Assembly: GCA_963706595.1 (NCBI GenBank)
Contig: OY970166.1
Location: forward strand, 3,520,001 to 3,584,000
Reading direction: 5' to 3'
Length of the DNA: 64,000 nt
Source: an uncultured cyanobacterium
Lineage (GTDB): Bacteria; Cyanobacteriota; Cyanobacteriia; Cyanobacteriales; Nostocaceae
The translations under genes and the position numbers were made by a program. Under the pieces are notes generated by a model, which saw nothing but the letters and a program-made list of their open reading frames with translations, made no database searches and was not told the DNA's origin. This document shows positions 1 to 11,009 of this stretch, piece after piece. Each line of letters opens with the position of its first letter. Within the stretch, counting starts at the first letter, position 1.

Positions 1-322
1 GATACAGGATAAAATGTATTCATATATACTTTTTTTCTACCCCAGTTCCAAAACAATCTACATAGACAGTCATAGAGCAGAGACATTAACTGTAACTTTG
101 CTGACAAAGCTTACTTAGGCAACAACTCAGCTAATTGAGCCAAGTCGCAGGTGTTGATTTCCAGACTTTATTTTTATGCTGGCTAGGGTTGCATCCCAGA
201 GTTAAACACAAATTATTTATCCAAGTCTTAGTGATATGAATCACACAAGCATGGGAATTAAGATCACATTTTATACCAAGCTTTATCTTGGATAATTATT
301 ATCACATATAATTGGTTTATTA

Positions 323-526
323 ATGATGAGAACTAAGCACGTTATTCGTCAATTGGTAGAAAAAGCGCTTGACATTAAAAAATTGACCCCCGAAATCGAA
401 AATGAAATTAATTCGGAACTGACTCAATTGGGTCATATTTCTGATGTTGATTATGAAGCGTTAGAGTTATTAATGGCAGAAATGGATGCTGGTCGAATTA
501 AGTTAGTACCTAGTTGGGGATATTAA
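323..526 (+). CDS. Small hypothetical protein (67 aa)
   Basis: ORF track; acidic helical protein resembling small conserved cyanobacterial hypotheticals. Confidence 0.7.
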   Translation: MMRTKHVIRQLVEKALDIKKLTPEIENEINSELTQLGHISDVDYEALELLMAEMDAGRIKLVPSWGY

Positions 527-737
527 TCCTGATTTAGTCACCGAGATTTAATTGCGATTTAGAAACTATTTTGACCATAAATAGCCATATTAGTCCGTAA
601 ATATAAATTAACAGCAGTGCTAATGGCAGCCACAATATGATTGCTAGTATTTTTCCGTGAACTTTAGTATTTGTCTCCCCAGTCTCGCGTAAACTGTGCT
701 AGTGAGCATCCAAAATTTGCATTAGTAGTAAACCGCC

Positions 738-1910
738 ATGCAGCCCGCTAAACGTTTAGAAAAAATTCCTCCCTATTTGTTTGCTGAAATTAACCGCAAG
801 CGGGAACAACTTGTGGCGCAGGGAGTTGATATCATTAATCTGGCACTGGGCGATCCAGATAAACAGACCCCGGCTCATATTCTCCAAGCCATGCACGCCG
901 CAGTTGATGATGCTTCCACCCATAACTACCCACCTTATCAGGGGACGACAGAATTTCGGGAAGCTGCGGTTAATTGGATGGAACGTCGGTTTGGAGTGAC
1001 AGGGTTAAATCCAGATACAGAAGTGATATCTTCGATTGGTTCCAAGGAAGCAATACACAACACCTTCTTAGCTTTTGTAGAAGCGGGAGACTATACCCTC
1101 ATACCAGATCCTGGTTATCCTGTGTATCAGACGGCGACAATTTTCGCTGGTGGTGAACCTTATACGATGCCTTTGAAGGCAGAAAACAATTTTTTACCTG
1201 ATTTAAATACGATTCCTGAAGAAATTGCCCGTAAGTCAAAATTATTGTGGATTAATTATCCTAATAATCCCACTGGAGCCTTAGCCAGCTTAGAATTTTT
1301 TGAAGAACTGGTAGCTTTCTGCAAGCAGTATAATATTTTGCTGTGCCATGACCATGCTTACTCAGAGATGGCTTATGATGGCTATAAACCGCCGAGTGTT
1401 CTGCAAGTTCCTGGTGCAAAAGATGTAGCCATTGAGTTTCACAGTTTGTCTAAGTCGTATAACATGACAGGCTGGCGCATTGGCTTTGTGGTTGGTAACG
1501 CCATTGGCATTCAAGCTTTGAGACAGGTGAAAACCAACGTCGATTCTGGAGTATTTAAGGCTATTCAAAAAGCTGCGATCGCAGCTTATTCTACCAGTGA
1601 AGCAGAACTGCAAGCACTCATGTCAGGTTACCAAAAGCGTCGCGACATTATCGTGCAAGGATTACAATCCCTGGGCTGGCCAATTGAACCGCCTAAAGCT
1701 ACACTTTACGTCTGGGTCCCTGTACCACCAAGATATTCCTCAATAGAATTTGTTTCCCTCTTACTTGACAAATGTGGCATTATGGTTCCTCCAGGTAATG
1801 GTTATGGTGCAGCCGGCGAAGGCTTTTTCCGAATTGCCCTCACAATTCCTGATGAGCGGATGCATGAAGCCATTCAACGCCTCAGAGATGCTGGCATTCG
1901 TTACGCTTGA
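738..1910 (+). CDS. dapL: PLP-dependent class I/II aminotransferase, LL-diaminopimelate aminotransferase-like
   Basis: Motifs PPYLF, NYPNNPTG, DHAY, SLSKSYNMTGWRIG. Confidence 0.8.
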   Translation: MQPAKRLEKIPPYLFAEINRKREQLVAQGVDIINLALGDPDKQTPAHILQAMHAAVDDASTHNYPPYQGTTEFREAAVNWMERRFGVTGLNPDTEVISSIGSKEAIHNTFLAFVEAGDYTLIPDPGYPVYQTATIFAGGEPYTMPLKAENNFLPDLNTIPEEIARKSKLLWINYPNNPTGALASLEFFEELVAFCKQYNILLCHDHAYSEMAYDGYKPPSVLQVPGAKDVAIEFHSLSKSYNMTGWRIGFVVGNAIGIQALRQVKTNVDSGVFKAIQKAAIAAYSTSEAELQALMSGYQKRRDIIVQGLQSLGWPIEPPKATLYVWVPVPPRYSSIEFVSLLLDKCGIMVPPGNGYGAAGEGFFRIALTIPDERMHEAIQRLRDAGIRYA

Positions 1911-2061
1911 TTAGTCATTAGTCATTAGTCATTGGTCATTAGTCATTAGTCATTAGTCATTGGTCATTGGTCATTAGGAAGTTACAAGCCTTCTACCCTA
2001 CTCCCTACTCCCTACTCCCTACTCCCTACTCCCCATTCCCTACTTCCTACTCCCCATTCCC
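1911..2061. repeat. STRR heptamer tracts (TCATTAG/TCATTGG)n then (CTACTCC)n
   Basis: Visible tandem 7-mers between convergent genes. Confidence 0.9.
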
Positions 2062-2396
2062 TCTTGATACGCTTGCCAAATTTGGTGAATAAATTGATTA
2101 AATTGCAGTTTAGCATCTGAATCAGGTTCGGTTTTTCGTTCTTTTGCCAAAACTTGACTCAATAGGGTAATTACTTCTGTATCAAACGCTGGTCGAAATA
2201 AATTTACAGGCCAAAGCAAATCAGATGCATCTCGCATATCAGTAACAAGTTGTGATTCTTCGCTAAAGCTGACTAGCAGCAAGGGACGTACCCAGCACAA
2301 CTGACGAGAAACCACTACTTGGATGACTTCTGTAAACAGATTTCTGTCACTATGGTCTAAAGACACAATTTGTCCTGGTTGAAAGTCTAGGCTCAT
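2040..2396 (-). CDS. Conserved cyanobacterial hypothetical protein
   Basis: ORF track; likely start at ATG 2396 (MSLDFQPGQIV). Confidence 0.7.
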   Translation of the reverse strand: MSLDFQPGQIVSLDHSDRNLFTEVIQVVVSRQLCWVRPLLLVSFSEESQLVTDMRDASDLLWPVNLFRPAFDTEVITLLSQVLAKERKTEPDSDAKLQFNQFIHQIWQAYQEGMGSRK

Positions 2397-2674
2397 GTTG
2401 ACGCAGTTGGGACAGTGGCAAGCCACTATTTTTGCAGTTTATTTGATTTTAAAATTGAAAATGTGCTAGTTCTAAACAAAAATACTTTAAAATTAGAATA
2501 GAAATCTTAACCCTGTCAGGTATTGGGACTTTTACGCGAAATCAACTCAGCCGAAAAGCATTCCCACAGGATCAGGTTTGCATAGGAATGTTATAAGATT
2601 AAGTAAATAACTGTTAAGTAAATGCTAAACAGTTATTCCGTTGTCGTAAATCATCGAAGAAAGAGCAAAGAGCC

Positions 2675-2956
2675 GTGTCAGTCGAAACTATTGAAAAGCC
2701 TTCCACGTCCCGCAAGCTCGCGCCTCGGTATCGCGTTTTGCTCCATAATGACGACTACAATTCTATGGAGCATGTGGTGAAGTCATTAATAACCACAGTA
2801 CCGAGCCTAACTCAGCCCCAAGCCGTAAGCATTATGATGGAAGCTCATACTAACGGTCTGGCTTTAGTAATTACTTGCGCTCAAGAACACGCTGAGTTTT
2901 ATTGCGAAACATTACAAAGTCATGGTTTAAGTAGCACAATTGAACCTGAAGAATAA
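2675..2956 (+). CDS. clpS: ATP-dependent Clp protease adaptor ClpS
   Basis: YRVLLHNDDYNSMEHV and MMEAHTNG motifs. Confidence 0.95.
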   Translation: MSVETIEKPSTSRKLAPRYRVLLHNDDYNSMEHVVKSLITTVPSLTQPQAVSIMMEAHTNGLALVITCAQEHAEFYCETLQSHGLSSTIEPEE

Positions 2957-3043
2957 ATAAAAATATTGTCTAGCGAAGGAAGATCAGACAAAAATATTGC
3001 CTCTAATTTGTGACTGTGATTTTGTCCTCTTCCTCAATTCCGC

Positions 3044-3865
3044 ATGAAAATAAACCTCTTTCGTTTAGCCCAACGCCCTGTCCCCATCAGGCTGGGTTAT
3101 TTTATTGCAGCTTTATTACTGCTATGGCTCCCCGTTGCTGTCCCGATTTACTTATTCGTCAGTGATTCTAACTTAGTAAGTATCTTGACAATGGTGGTCT
3201 TATATGTGGAATTTATTTTTCTCTTGAAGCTATGGGGGAAAAATGTCTATCAGCAACCCCAAATATTTAAGCAGTATGGCTTAGAAATCACGCAGATAAA
3301 CGCTGTGGATTTGCTGAGTGGTTTAGCTACTGGGATAATTAGCATTCTCGTAGTGTTTGGACTACAAGGTTTCTGGGGTTGGCTGGTGTGGCAAGCACCG
3401 CAGGTTTTCTTGCCTAAAATAATTTTAGAGGGTTTACTTGTCTCTTTGGGTATCGGCTTTGCGGAAGAGTTGTTATTTCGAGGTTGGTTACTTGATGAAT
3501 TGGAACGAGATTATAGTCTAAATGTGGCACTTGGGATAAATGCTGTAGCCTTTGCCGTCTTACACTTTATTAAGCCTTTAGAAGCAATTATTCACACACT
3601 GCCACAATTTCCAGCTTTAGTATTGCTGGGTTTAACGCAGGTATGGGCAAAGCGCTGGCGTAGGGGACGTTTGGGTTTACCAATTGGTTTACATGGTGGT
3701 TTAGTTTGGGGCTATTACATCATTAATGTTGGGGGATTAGTTGAATATTCTGGTCAAGTTCCTGATTGGATAACTGGTGTAAATCAGAATCCTCTACAAG
3801 GAGTTATGGGGGTAGTGTTTATGAGTATATTGGCTTTGTGGATGCGGTGGCGAGCAATAGCTTAA
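3044..3865 (+). CDS. CPBP (CAAX/Abi) family intramembrane metalloprotease
   Basis: EELLFRG, FAVLH and HG motifs; hydrophobic. Confidence 0.9.
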   Translation: MKINLFRLAQRPVPIRLGYFIAALLLLWLPVAVPIYLFVSDSNLVSILTMVVLYVEFIFLLKLWGKNVYQQPQIFKQYGLEITQINAVDLLSGLATGIISILVVFGLQGFWGWLVWQAPQVFLPKIILEGLLVSLGIGFAEELLFRGWLLDELERDYSLNVALGINAVAFAVLHFIKPLEAIIHTLPQFPALVLLGLTQVWAKRWRRGRLGLPIGLHGGLVWGYYIINVGGLVEYSGQVPDWITGVNQNPLQGVMGVVFMSILALWMRWRAIA

Positions 3866-4008
3866 TATTGCTTTTCAGACGTTGATAACAGCATATTTGC
3901 TATGGCTTTTTTCATACTTCTGGCAAAAGTCGGTAAATTTTGATCTCACTTGCGGAATATTGTGTATTGAAGTTGTAGAACAATTTTGTAAGCATTTTAG
4001 ATCCAATT

Positions 4009-4737
4009 ATGAAGCTACAACTACTTGGCATATTAACTGTTTTATCTACATCTGCTTTTATTGGTATTAATCGACCTGTGAACGCTGCACCTAGTAGTTA
4101 TCAGCAAACCTGTAACAATATTGCAATTGCAGGTAATGTCTTATCAGCTAATTGCCGCAGAATCAATGGTAGCTTTAGGAGAAGTTCAATAGTTTTGCAG
4201 GGAATCGAAAACATTGATGGTAATCTCACAGTAACTAACCCTACGAGAGTGAGCAATTATCAGCAAAGTTGCAACAACATTCGTATTCAAGGGAATGTAT
4301 TGCAAGCTAATTGTAGAACCAGAAATGGTAGGCTTAATCGCACGTCTTTAGTCTTGAATGGCATTGAAAATATTGATGGTATTCTAAAGTATACATCAAC
4401 TCCCCTGCTTGACTCTCAAGTTAGTAGTTATCAGAAAACCTGTAACAATATTGCAATTGCAGGTAATGTCTTATCAGCTAATTGCCGCAGAATCAATGGT
4501 AGCTTTAGGAGAAGTTCAATAGTTTTGCAGGGAATTGAAAATATTGATGGTAATCTCAAAGTAACTAACCCTAATAGAGTGAGCAATTATCAGCAAAGTT
4601 GCAATAGCATAGGTGTTCGAGGGAATGTATTGCAAGCTAATTGTCGAACCAGAAATGGTAGGCTTAATCGCACGTCTTTAGTCTTGAATGGCATTGAAAA
4701 TATTAATGGTGTACTGCAATACACAAGTAATCCATAA
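4009..4737 (+). CDS. Secreted cyanovirin-N homology (CVNH) lectin with two tandem domains
   Basis: Signal peptide; four ~50-aa repeats SYQQ(T/S)C..L.ANCR..NG..L.GIENIDG.L; 330-bp DNA duplication. Confidence 0.85.
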   Translation: MKLQLLGILTVLSTSAFIGINRPVNAAPSSYQQTCNNIAIAGNVLSANCRRINGSFRRSSIVLQGIENIDGNLTVTNPTRVSNYQQSCNNIRIQGNVLQANCRTRNGRLNRTSLVLNGIENIDGILKYTSTPLLDSQVSSYQKTCNNIAIAGNVLSANCRRINGSFRRSSIVLQGIENIDGNLKVTNPNRVSNYQQSCNSIGVRGNVLQANCRTRNGRLNRTSLVLNGIENINGVLQYTSNP

Positions 4738-4740
4738 TTA

Positions 4741-5376
4741 CTAAATTGTTGCAATTACTGTACCAATTAAGCAAGCTTTATCCAAATTTACACCGTTTAA
4801 ATTTGCTCCTTCTAACTCTGCACAGAGTAGATTTGCGCCGCTAAAGTTCGCCCCCGCCAGATTTGTCCCGCGTAAATCCGCTTCTTCTAAATTGGCTTCA
4901 CTTAACAAAGCCCCTTGCAAATCGGCGCGACTCAAGTCAGCACCTTTGAGATTTGCCCCTGTGAGGTTTGCGCCCCGCAAGTCAGCACTGCGTAAGTCAA
5001 CACCTTGTAAATTGACGTTCATCAAATTTGCACCACTTAAGAAAGCGCCAGCCAAAGATACATCGCTGAGTTTAGCCCCCATCAAGTTAGCGCCACGTAA
5101 ATTACTACCGCGCAAGTCAGCACTTGTTAAGTCTGCTTGCATTAAGTTCGCGCCCATTAGATTCGCCCGCAAGTCTGTTTTTTGCAGGTTTGCGCCCATC
5201 AAGTTCGCTCCCTCGAAATGCGCGCCTTCGAGTTTGGAACCGATGAAATTAGTGCCAACAAGGGTAGCGCCGGCAAGATTTATCCGGCTTAAATCGAGTT
5301 GAGAGAGTTCCTCATCTTCTAAATTTGCGCCGGAAAGTTGTTTGAGTTTTCCTGATTTAATGGCTTCAATATTCAT
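4741..5376 (-). CDS. Pentapeptide repeat protein
   Basis: A(N/D)LxG repeats throughout. Confidence 0.95.
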   Translation of the reverse strand: MNIEAIKSGKLKQLSGANLEDEELSQLDLSRINLAGATLVGTNFIGSKLEGAHFEGANLMGANLQKTDLRANLMGANLMQADLTSADLRGSNLRGANLMGAKLSDVSLAGAFLSGANLMNVNLQGVDLRSADLRGANLTGANLKGADLSRADLQGALLSEANLEEADLRGTNLAGANFSGANLLCAELEGANLNGVNLDKACLIGTVIATI

Positions 5377-6770
5377 TTCAAGTAATTACTAATCTCCTCA
5401 CTTGTCTTGCTGTAGCTGTCCCACTGAGAGTCAAGTAGCCATACGCCGGTGCTGACTTTAGGTGACATCAGAGGTAAGTCTAGCCCTTGTTGTAAACCCA
5501 TAACTAATAAAGCTAGAGCATCTACAAGTTTAGGGTCAAAGCGGGTTGATTGTTGTTCTCTGCATTCGTCTAAAGCTTGAGCAAATATTTCGGCGCGGGT
5601 TTTCTGGGATGTTTTGATGCTGTTAACTCGCCATTGGAAATCAGCAACTAAGTCCAAAATTCTCGATTCTAAGGGAATTTCATCCCCAGCTAAACTTGCT
5701 GGTTCTCCTGTACCGTTCCACCATTCGCTTTGGTGGGTGATAATTTGGGCAATTGCCCGCAGTCTGGGCATGGTTCGTAATACCTGCGCTCCTGGGACTA
5801 GGGGACAAGTTAAGGGACAACTGGGGGCTTGTTCTTGGTAGCGGGTGGATGTACCGGGAGTCAGAAGGCTTTCGGCTTTTTGGAGTGGGTCTATACGATG
5901 TAAAAAACCTGCTAGTCGCAATCGCTTAATCTGCCATGCGGGTAGTTCTAAAAGCTGCCCCATCATCTCAGAAAGTGCTACTACTTCCGTCGCCGCCATG
6001 GGATTGTTGACATCGGCCATATCCATTAATTGCGCCATCCGCAAAAATGCCTGGATTTCGTTAGAAACCAAGTTGCGATCTAATGCTTGTTGACGCAGCA
6101 CTGTGGGGATAGATAAGTTATTCTGCCCTGTCTGGAGGTAATCGACGACGCGGGAAACAACTGCACTTAAATGTTCTGGTGCGGCTATACTTGACTTGAT
6201 CGCATTTTTATGATTTGTAAGTTTTTGTGCTAAGTCTGGATTGTATTTTTCGATGTGAGCGATCGCTAACTTTGCTGTTTCTTGGACTAACTCTGGTTCA
6301 AATGTCCATAAGCCATAAAATTTACGCTCTACATCTGAAGCTGGTATTCCACCTGCACCATAATCAGCCTCTGATAACTCTTGACAAAGTACCATTGCTG
6401 TGTATTCTGGCGACAAGATAATTAAGTGCCACTCCTGCGCCACTGGGTCATCTGAATTTAATGCCACTAAATCCACGTTAGGGAGTTGGCTCGTGGGATG
6501 TTCTGCAAAGCTAGCATCCGATGCTGCCATGATCACAATTTCGCGGCTACACTTAGCGATATCTGCATATCTTTCGGCTTCTTGCAGATACCATTTACCC
6601 TGTTGAAAGGCTGTGATGACTAAGGGTGTACTCTCTTCAGTTAAAATATGGTCTTCTAGAGCATGGCACAGAGAAACTAAAGTATTTTTGTAATAAACCC
6701 CAAATCTAATTGCTCTAGTCGTATTGCGGTGTGCTGTTTCCAGCTTTTGTAGTATTGAACCTTCTAACAT
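5373..6770 (-). CDS. DICT sensory domain plus HD-GYP-like phosphohydrolase
   Basis: KNTLVSLCHALED / EWHLIIL (DICT); H.EWWNGTG.P..L.GDEIPLESRI (HD-GYP-like); start trimmed to MLEGS because the upstream part is STRR. Confidence 0.85.
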   Translation of the reverse strand: MLEGSILQKLETAHRNTTRAIRFGVYYKNTLVSLCHALEDHILTEESTPLVITAFQQGKWYLQEAERYADIAKCSREIVIMAASDASFAEHPTSQLPNVDLVALNSDDPVAQEWHLIILSPEYTAMVLCQELSEADYGAGGIPASDVERKFYGLWTFEPELVQETAKLAIAHIEKYNPDLAQKLTNHKNAIKSSIAAPEHLSAVVSRVVDYLQTGQNNLSIPTVLRQQALDRNLVSNEIQAFLRMAQLMDMADVNNPMAATEVVALSEMMGQLLELPAWQIKRLRLAGFLHRIDPLQKAESLLTPGTSTRYQEQAPSCPLTCPLVPGAQVLRTMPRLRAIAQIITHQSEWWNGTGEPASLAGDEIPLESRILDLVADFQWRVNSIKTSQKTRAEIFAQALDECREQQSTRFDPKLVDALALLVMGLQQGLDLPLMSPKVSTGVWLLDSQWDSYSKTSEEISNYLK

Positions 6771-7018
6771 AGGCTTTCGTAATTCGTAATTCGTAATTCG
6801 TAATTCGTAGTTCGTAATTCGTAAATTGTTAAGGATGAGAGAATAGACATCTGGTGAAAATAAAATATGCGTTATCACCGAACCGTTGTAGAGACGTTCC
6901 ATGGAACGTCTCTACATTCTTTGTCGGAGAAGAGGGATATAGGAGATGATTGTAACTAGCCCAAAAATTTCCCCCTGCTCCCTGCTCCCTGCTCCCCTGC
7001 TTCTTCTCTCCCTTTTGC

Positions 7019-8611
7019 TTATGATATGCCAGCCAACTGTTTATCTTTCTTTTCCATTGGTGCAGAAAGTGCCGCTTCTAATTCGGCACAACCCAATTTT
7101 TCTTCTAAGATTTTCATCACTTCCCGTCCGAAGTCATTGGGGTTTTGTTGCCAAGCTTGCAAGCAGACTTCTCCAAAGAAGGAACCAAGGGGTTCAGGAT
7201 TCCAAAGGAGTTTTTTAGCTGTCCACGGCATCAAGCTCATGGGGTCATACCCTGGTTTTAGGATACCTTCTTTCAAGGCATATTCTTCTAAATGGGTATG
7301 GGGTTGTAGTCCAATAAAGAAAATGGCAGGTTCCACTTTATCAGCGCCAAAAATCTTTTCTAGTTCGCGGTGGTAGGCGATGGTTTGGCGAATGGTTTCG
7401 GGACGTTCGTCAATAACGTTAAAGGAGTAGTTAACGGAAACCACATCGTTAAAACCAGCAGCTTTTAAATCACGGCAGTTTTGCAACACGGTGCGTAAGT
7501 TGTAACCCATCCGCATTTTCCGCACGAGTTCCTGAGAACCACTGGTAATGCCGATTTCAAAGTAGTTCATCCCGGTTTTAGCCATCAAATCACACAACTC
7601 TGGTGTGAGGTTGTCGGCTCTGATGTATGCTGCCCAGTTGATATCTGTCATCCCAGAATCGACGATTTTCTGTAAGAGTTCTACAGCATCGTCAATAAAT
7701 TTACGGGCGGGAATAAATTGAGCATCAGTAAACCAGAAATTGCGAATGCCGCGATCGTATAATTGGCGCATCTCGGCTACTACTTCGTCTGCTGGGTTAA
7801 TGCGTACTTGTTTGCCTTCAACGACGGTGTAGACGCAATAACAACAGTTGTGGGGACAACCGCGCTTGGTTTGTACGCCGATATAAAAGTCTTGTTCTTG
7901 CAGGTAAAAGTTGAATTCCGGCCAGATGGTTTCTATATAGTCGTAGTTACAGGCGGTTTTTTCTAGAGGGGTGGGTTGTTCATGAATCATTCGTTGCCGT
8001 GGTTGAGTTTCTCCGACTACATAGCAACGTTCATCTTGAATGTCTCTGCCACTTAGCAGTTTTTCTAGGAGTGTTTCGCCTTCACCGACAGAAATAATTG
8101 TACCTTGGGGTAAAGTTTTACCCAATTGTTCGTAAAATACGCTGACTGCACCACCACCTAAAATGGCACGGGCATCGGCATGATATTTCTGGGCGCGTCG
8201 TAAACCGCGTTTGACTAATCCTTGGTTGCGCCACAATTCTACATAATAAGCCATAAAAATTCGCAACCCGCCAAATGCGCCGCGTAACTTAATCAGGGGA
8301 TTCTTGGCGTAATAAAATTCAAAGGCGTTTTGTAATGGATTTCCACCACGTCCACCGACTGGGGCATAAATTTGAATATCGCGCCAAGAAAATACTAGGA
8401 GTGTGGGTTTAAATTCATCGATACAGGTATCTAGGGCAGAGGCGTAATCTAAAGGTGGTACTGTTCCCAAATCAAATATCCTCTGTGCTATGCCGGGAAA
8501 TTGCTTGTGGACGTGATCGGAAAGATATACTACCCCAATGGGAAAGATGGGGTTACATGGAAGGCGAACGTAAAGGATGCGATTTTCCATCATGGATTGT
8601 TGAATTTCCAT
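7019..8611 (-). CDS. B12-binding radical SAM protein (PSII high-light acclimation family)
   Basis: RGCPHNCCYC (CxxxCxxC); N-terminal PIGVVYL cobalamin-binding-like domain. Confidence 0.85.
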   Translation of the reverse strand: MEIQQSMMENRILYVRLPCNPIFPIGVVYLSDHVHKQFPGIAQRIFDLGTVPPLDYASALDTCIDEFKPTLLVFSWRDIQIYAPVGGRGGNPLQNAFEFYYAKNPLIKLRGAFGGLRIFMAYYVELWRNQGLVKRGLRRAQKYHADARAILGGGAVSVFYEQLGKTLPQGTIISVGEGETLLEKLLSGRDIQDERCYVVGETQPRQRMIHEQPTPLEKTACNYDYIETIWPEFNFYLQEQDFYIGVQTKRGCPHNCCYCVYTVVEGKQVRINPADEVVAEMRQLYDRGIRNFWFTDAQFIPARKFIDDAVELLQKIVDSGMTDINWAAYIRADNLTPELCDLMAKTGMNYFEIGITSGSQELVRKMRMGYNLRTVLQNCRDLKAAGFNDVVSVNYSFNVIDERPETIRQTIAYHRELEKIFGADKVEPAIFFIGLQPHTHLEEYALKEGILKPGYDPMSLMPWTAKKLLWNPEPLGSFFGEVCLQAWQQNPNDFGREVMKILEEKLGCAELEAALSAPMEKKDKQLAGIS

Positions 8612-9192
8612 CTTGCAGTTATTTATGAAATATATAGAGAGATGTGATGCAGTTTAAAGCTGTTTGTTTTAGTGTGCTGTGTTTTTCACAGCGATGATTG
8701 GCATTTCAGCCAATTCCTGGATGAGGTTAGGCTGTGTTAACAATTGTGGGAATAGTTGAATTGGCTCTGCATCAGATGAAATAGAGAGATTTTATGAGAA
8801 GAATTGTTATATATCTTTACCATAACATTGACTCTGACTATTCAGCTATGATTTCTAGCTCTAAGTCTGAGGATAGATGTCACAAACAAACCTGCCTTTA
8901 CAGTTGAGGAGGTGTGAGGAGATAAATGCTAAATTTCACCTGATAGGAGTGACATCTGATGCTTTTATTCTGGAATAAAAATCTTAAATTTGCAGCCGAC
9001 TTACTGATATTATTTTTGCTGTATCCACTTTTTGGTGAAATTTTCATAACTTGAACATAGATTTAACATATATTTAGATAGATATAGCGTAGAAATTTTC
9101 AGTTGGTAGTCGGAGTTACAGCATCTGGGGATCAAGCGATGTTAGTTTAGCTGGTGTAATGTAAAATTGTGGCGTAAAGCTCCTCCGCAGTT

Positions 9193-9585
9193 ATGGCTCA
9201 AATATTAGATCCTCTACCACCGGAGCAATCTGGGAATCTCCTTTGTTGTTACGTTAATGCTACGAGCAAAATCCAGATAGCTCGCATCTGCAATATTGCT
9301 AACTGGTACTTTGAAAGAGTTGTGTTTCCAGGACAGCGCTTGGTGTTTGAAGCTCCACTAGCAGCGCAAATGGAAATTCATACGGGGATGATGGCCAGTG
9401 CAATTTTGTCTGATACAATTGCGTGCGATCGCCTTGCAATTAACGAGCCTAGCAGTAGTGAGTTTCATACAGACTCAATAGGCATCGACACGATCAGTAC
9501 CAAACCAATGGTGCAGTCCATTAATACAAAAATTGACAATACAACAAAACCTTTAACAATTGCTGGGTTTGGATCAATTGATTAA
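9193..9585 (+). CDS. DUF1830 family protein
   Basis: CCYVNATSKIQIARI..WYFERVVFPGQRLVFEA signature. Confidence 0.85.
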   Translation: MAQILDPLPPEQSGNLLCCYVNATSKIQIARICNIANWYFERVVFPGQRLVFEAPLAAQMEIHTGMMASAILSDTIACDRLAINEPSSSEFHTDSIGIDTISTKPMVQSINTKIDNTTKPLTIAGFGSID

Positions 9586-9608
9586 AAAAAACAATTTTAG
9601 ATAATTTC

Positions 9609-9636
9609 AGGGTTGCGAAATTCAGCAACCCTTTTT
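9609..9636 (+). terminator. Rho-independent terminator
   Basis: AGGGTTGC-loop-GCAACCCT followed by T run. Confidence 0.75.
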
Positions 9637-9726
9637 ATTTGGTCATTTGTTATTAGTCATTAGTCATTAGTCATTAGTCAAGGGTCAACCGCCCATATTT
9701 TCTCGTTCTGGTTTACAATCAATTTT

Positions 9727-10188
9727 ATGAATTTGCCTTCTTTCATTTGGTTGTGGAAAATAGCCGCGTGGTCAATGGGGTTGTCGCTATTGGCTTATTT
9801 GCTGCTAGCAGTTACGGGTGTTTGGATGTTTCGGGAGCGAAGTTCGCCGCATTTCCCTAGTTTTCCGTGGTTGATTGGCGGACGTAGGGAGGTGCGATCG
9901 CTGCACTATACAATTGGCATCACTATGGTCTGTTTAGTGTTGCTACTGCTGGCCGTTGGCATTGTTGGCACTTTCGGACACTTTGGTTCCTTGGGACACT
10001 CATCACACTTGGTTGCTGGGTTAATAGTAGTAGTATTGGTTTTGCTTTCTGCTTTCAGCGCTACACAAATTAGCACTCGGCGTTATTGGGCTAGACCTTT
10101 GCATATTGGCGTGAATATGATTTTATTTGGGGGTTTTACTTGGGTATCCCTAACTGGTTGGATTGTAGTACAAAAGTATTTACCTTAG
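9727..10188 (+). CDS. DUF4079-like membrane protein
   Basis: Four hydrophobic helices with conserved His residues. Confidence 0.75.
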   Translation: MNLPSFIWLWKIAAWSMGLSLLAYLLLAVTGVWMFRERSSPHFPSFPWLIGGRREVRSLHYTIGITMVCLVLLLLAVGIVGTFGHFGSLGHSSHLVAGLIVVVLVLLSAFSATQISTRRYWARPLHIGVNMILFGGFTWVSLTGWIVVQKYLP

Positions 10189-10252
10189 AAAATACCCAAA
10201 GATAAATTAAACCAATATTGATCTGATGATTTAAGTAGGCTAGAGCAAAAAG

Positions 10253-10358
10253 TATAGCGGTTATCAGTTAAGTGAGATACAAGAACCCCACCCCCAACCC
10301 CCTCCCCGCAAGCGAGGAGGGGGCTATGATGTACTTCATTGAAGTGGATACCGCTATA
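10253..10358. mobile_element. MITE-like repeat (TATAGCGG..CCGCTATA ends) containing a CCCCCTCC..GGAGGGGG hairpin
   Basis: Terminal inverted repeat; the internal hairpin recurs near 54730 and 58060. Confidence 0.65.
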
Positions 10359-11009
10359 AATATATATACTTCTTGTTCAGGATATTTTTTGGTGTTTGTC
10401 AATATTTTGAATCGTTTCTGGAATTACTGACATATTATCTGTATTTAAAATTGTAGTTGATTTCCAAGCTAAGTCTGATGTCTAACAAACAACCTAATTC
10501 CAACCAACCATCTCCAAAAAAAATCACTGAAACCACAAAAAATGATAAAAAGCGACCTTTGAACAACGGTAGACCCGATAAAACCGATCACTAGGTTGAA
10601 TTAAAAAATTAATCAAGATATATTTTTACTATAGAGATGTGATTACCACGTCTCTATATTTGTTTTGGTTATATTAAGACTAAAACTATAATTTCTCCAT
10701 GACATCTGCGATTTGTTATTTGATGATTTGGCATCAAGGCTCGTATAAACAATTACAAGCTTATAGTAAAAATCAAATCCAAACTTAATTCTTGTCAAGA
10801 ATAACTTGCAGCTAGCAAAGAATTTCCCAGGCTAGGTTCCTAAAAATACTATTGGTAGCTTGCAATTACAGGTATTTATAATATACTGTTATATATGTTA
10901 CTTTTGGTAAAAGAATTCACTACGGTAGAGACATCAAACTACTGAGATTAGATAATTAATTCCAAAATGTTAATTGATACAACCAGAAACATAGCTTTTT
11001 GTAATATCA

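Noticed and set aside
4892..5302. 136-aa antisense ORF
   Set aside because: Mirror of pentapeptide repeat codons.
6771..6902. N-terminal extension of the DICT/HD protein (ITNYELR repeats)
   Set aside because: Derived from a TTCGTAA STRR and a REP palindrome; the true start is likely 6770.
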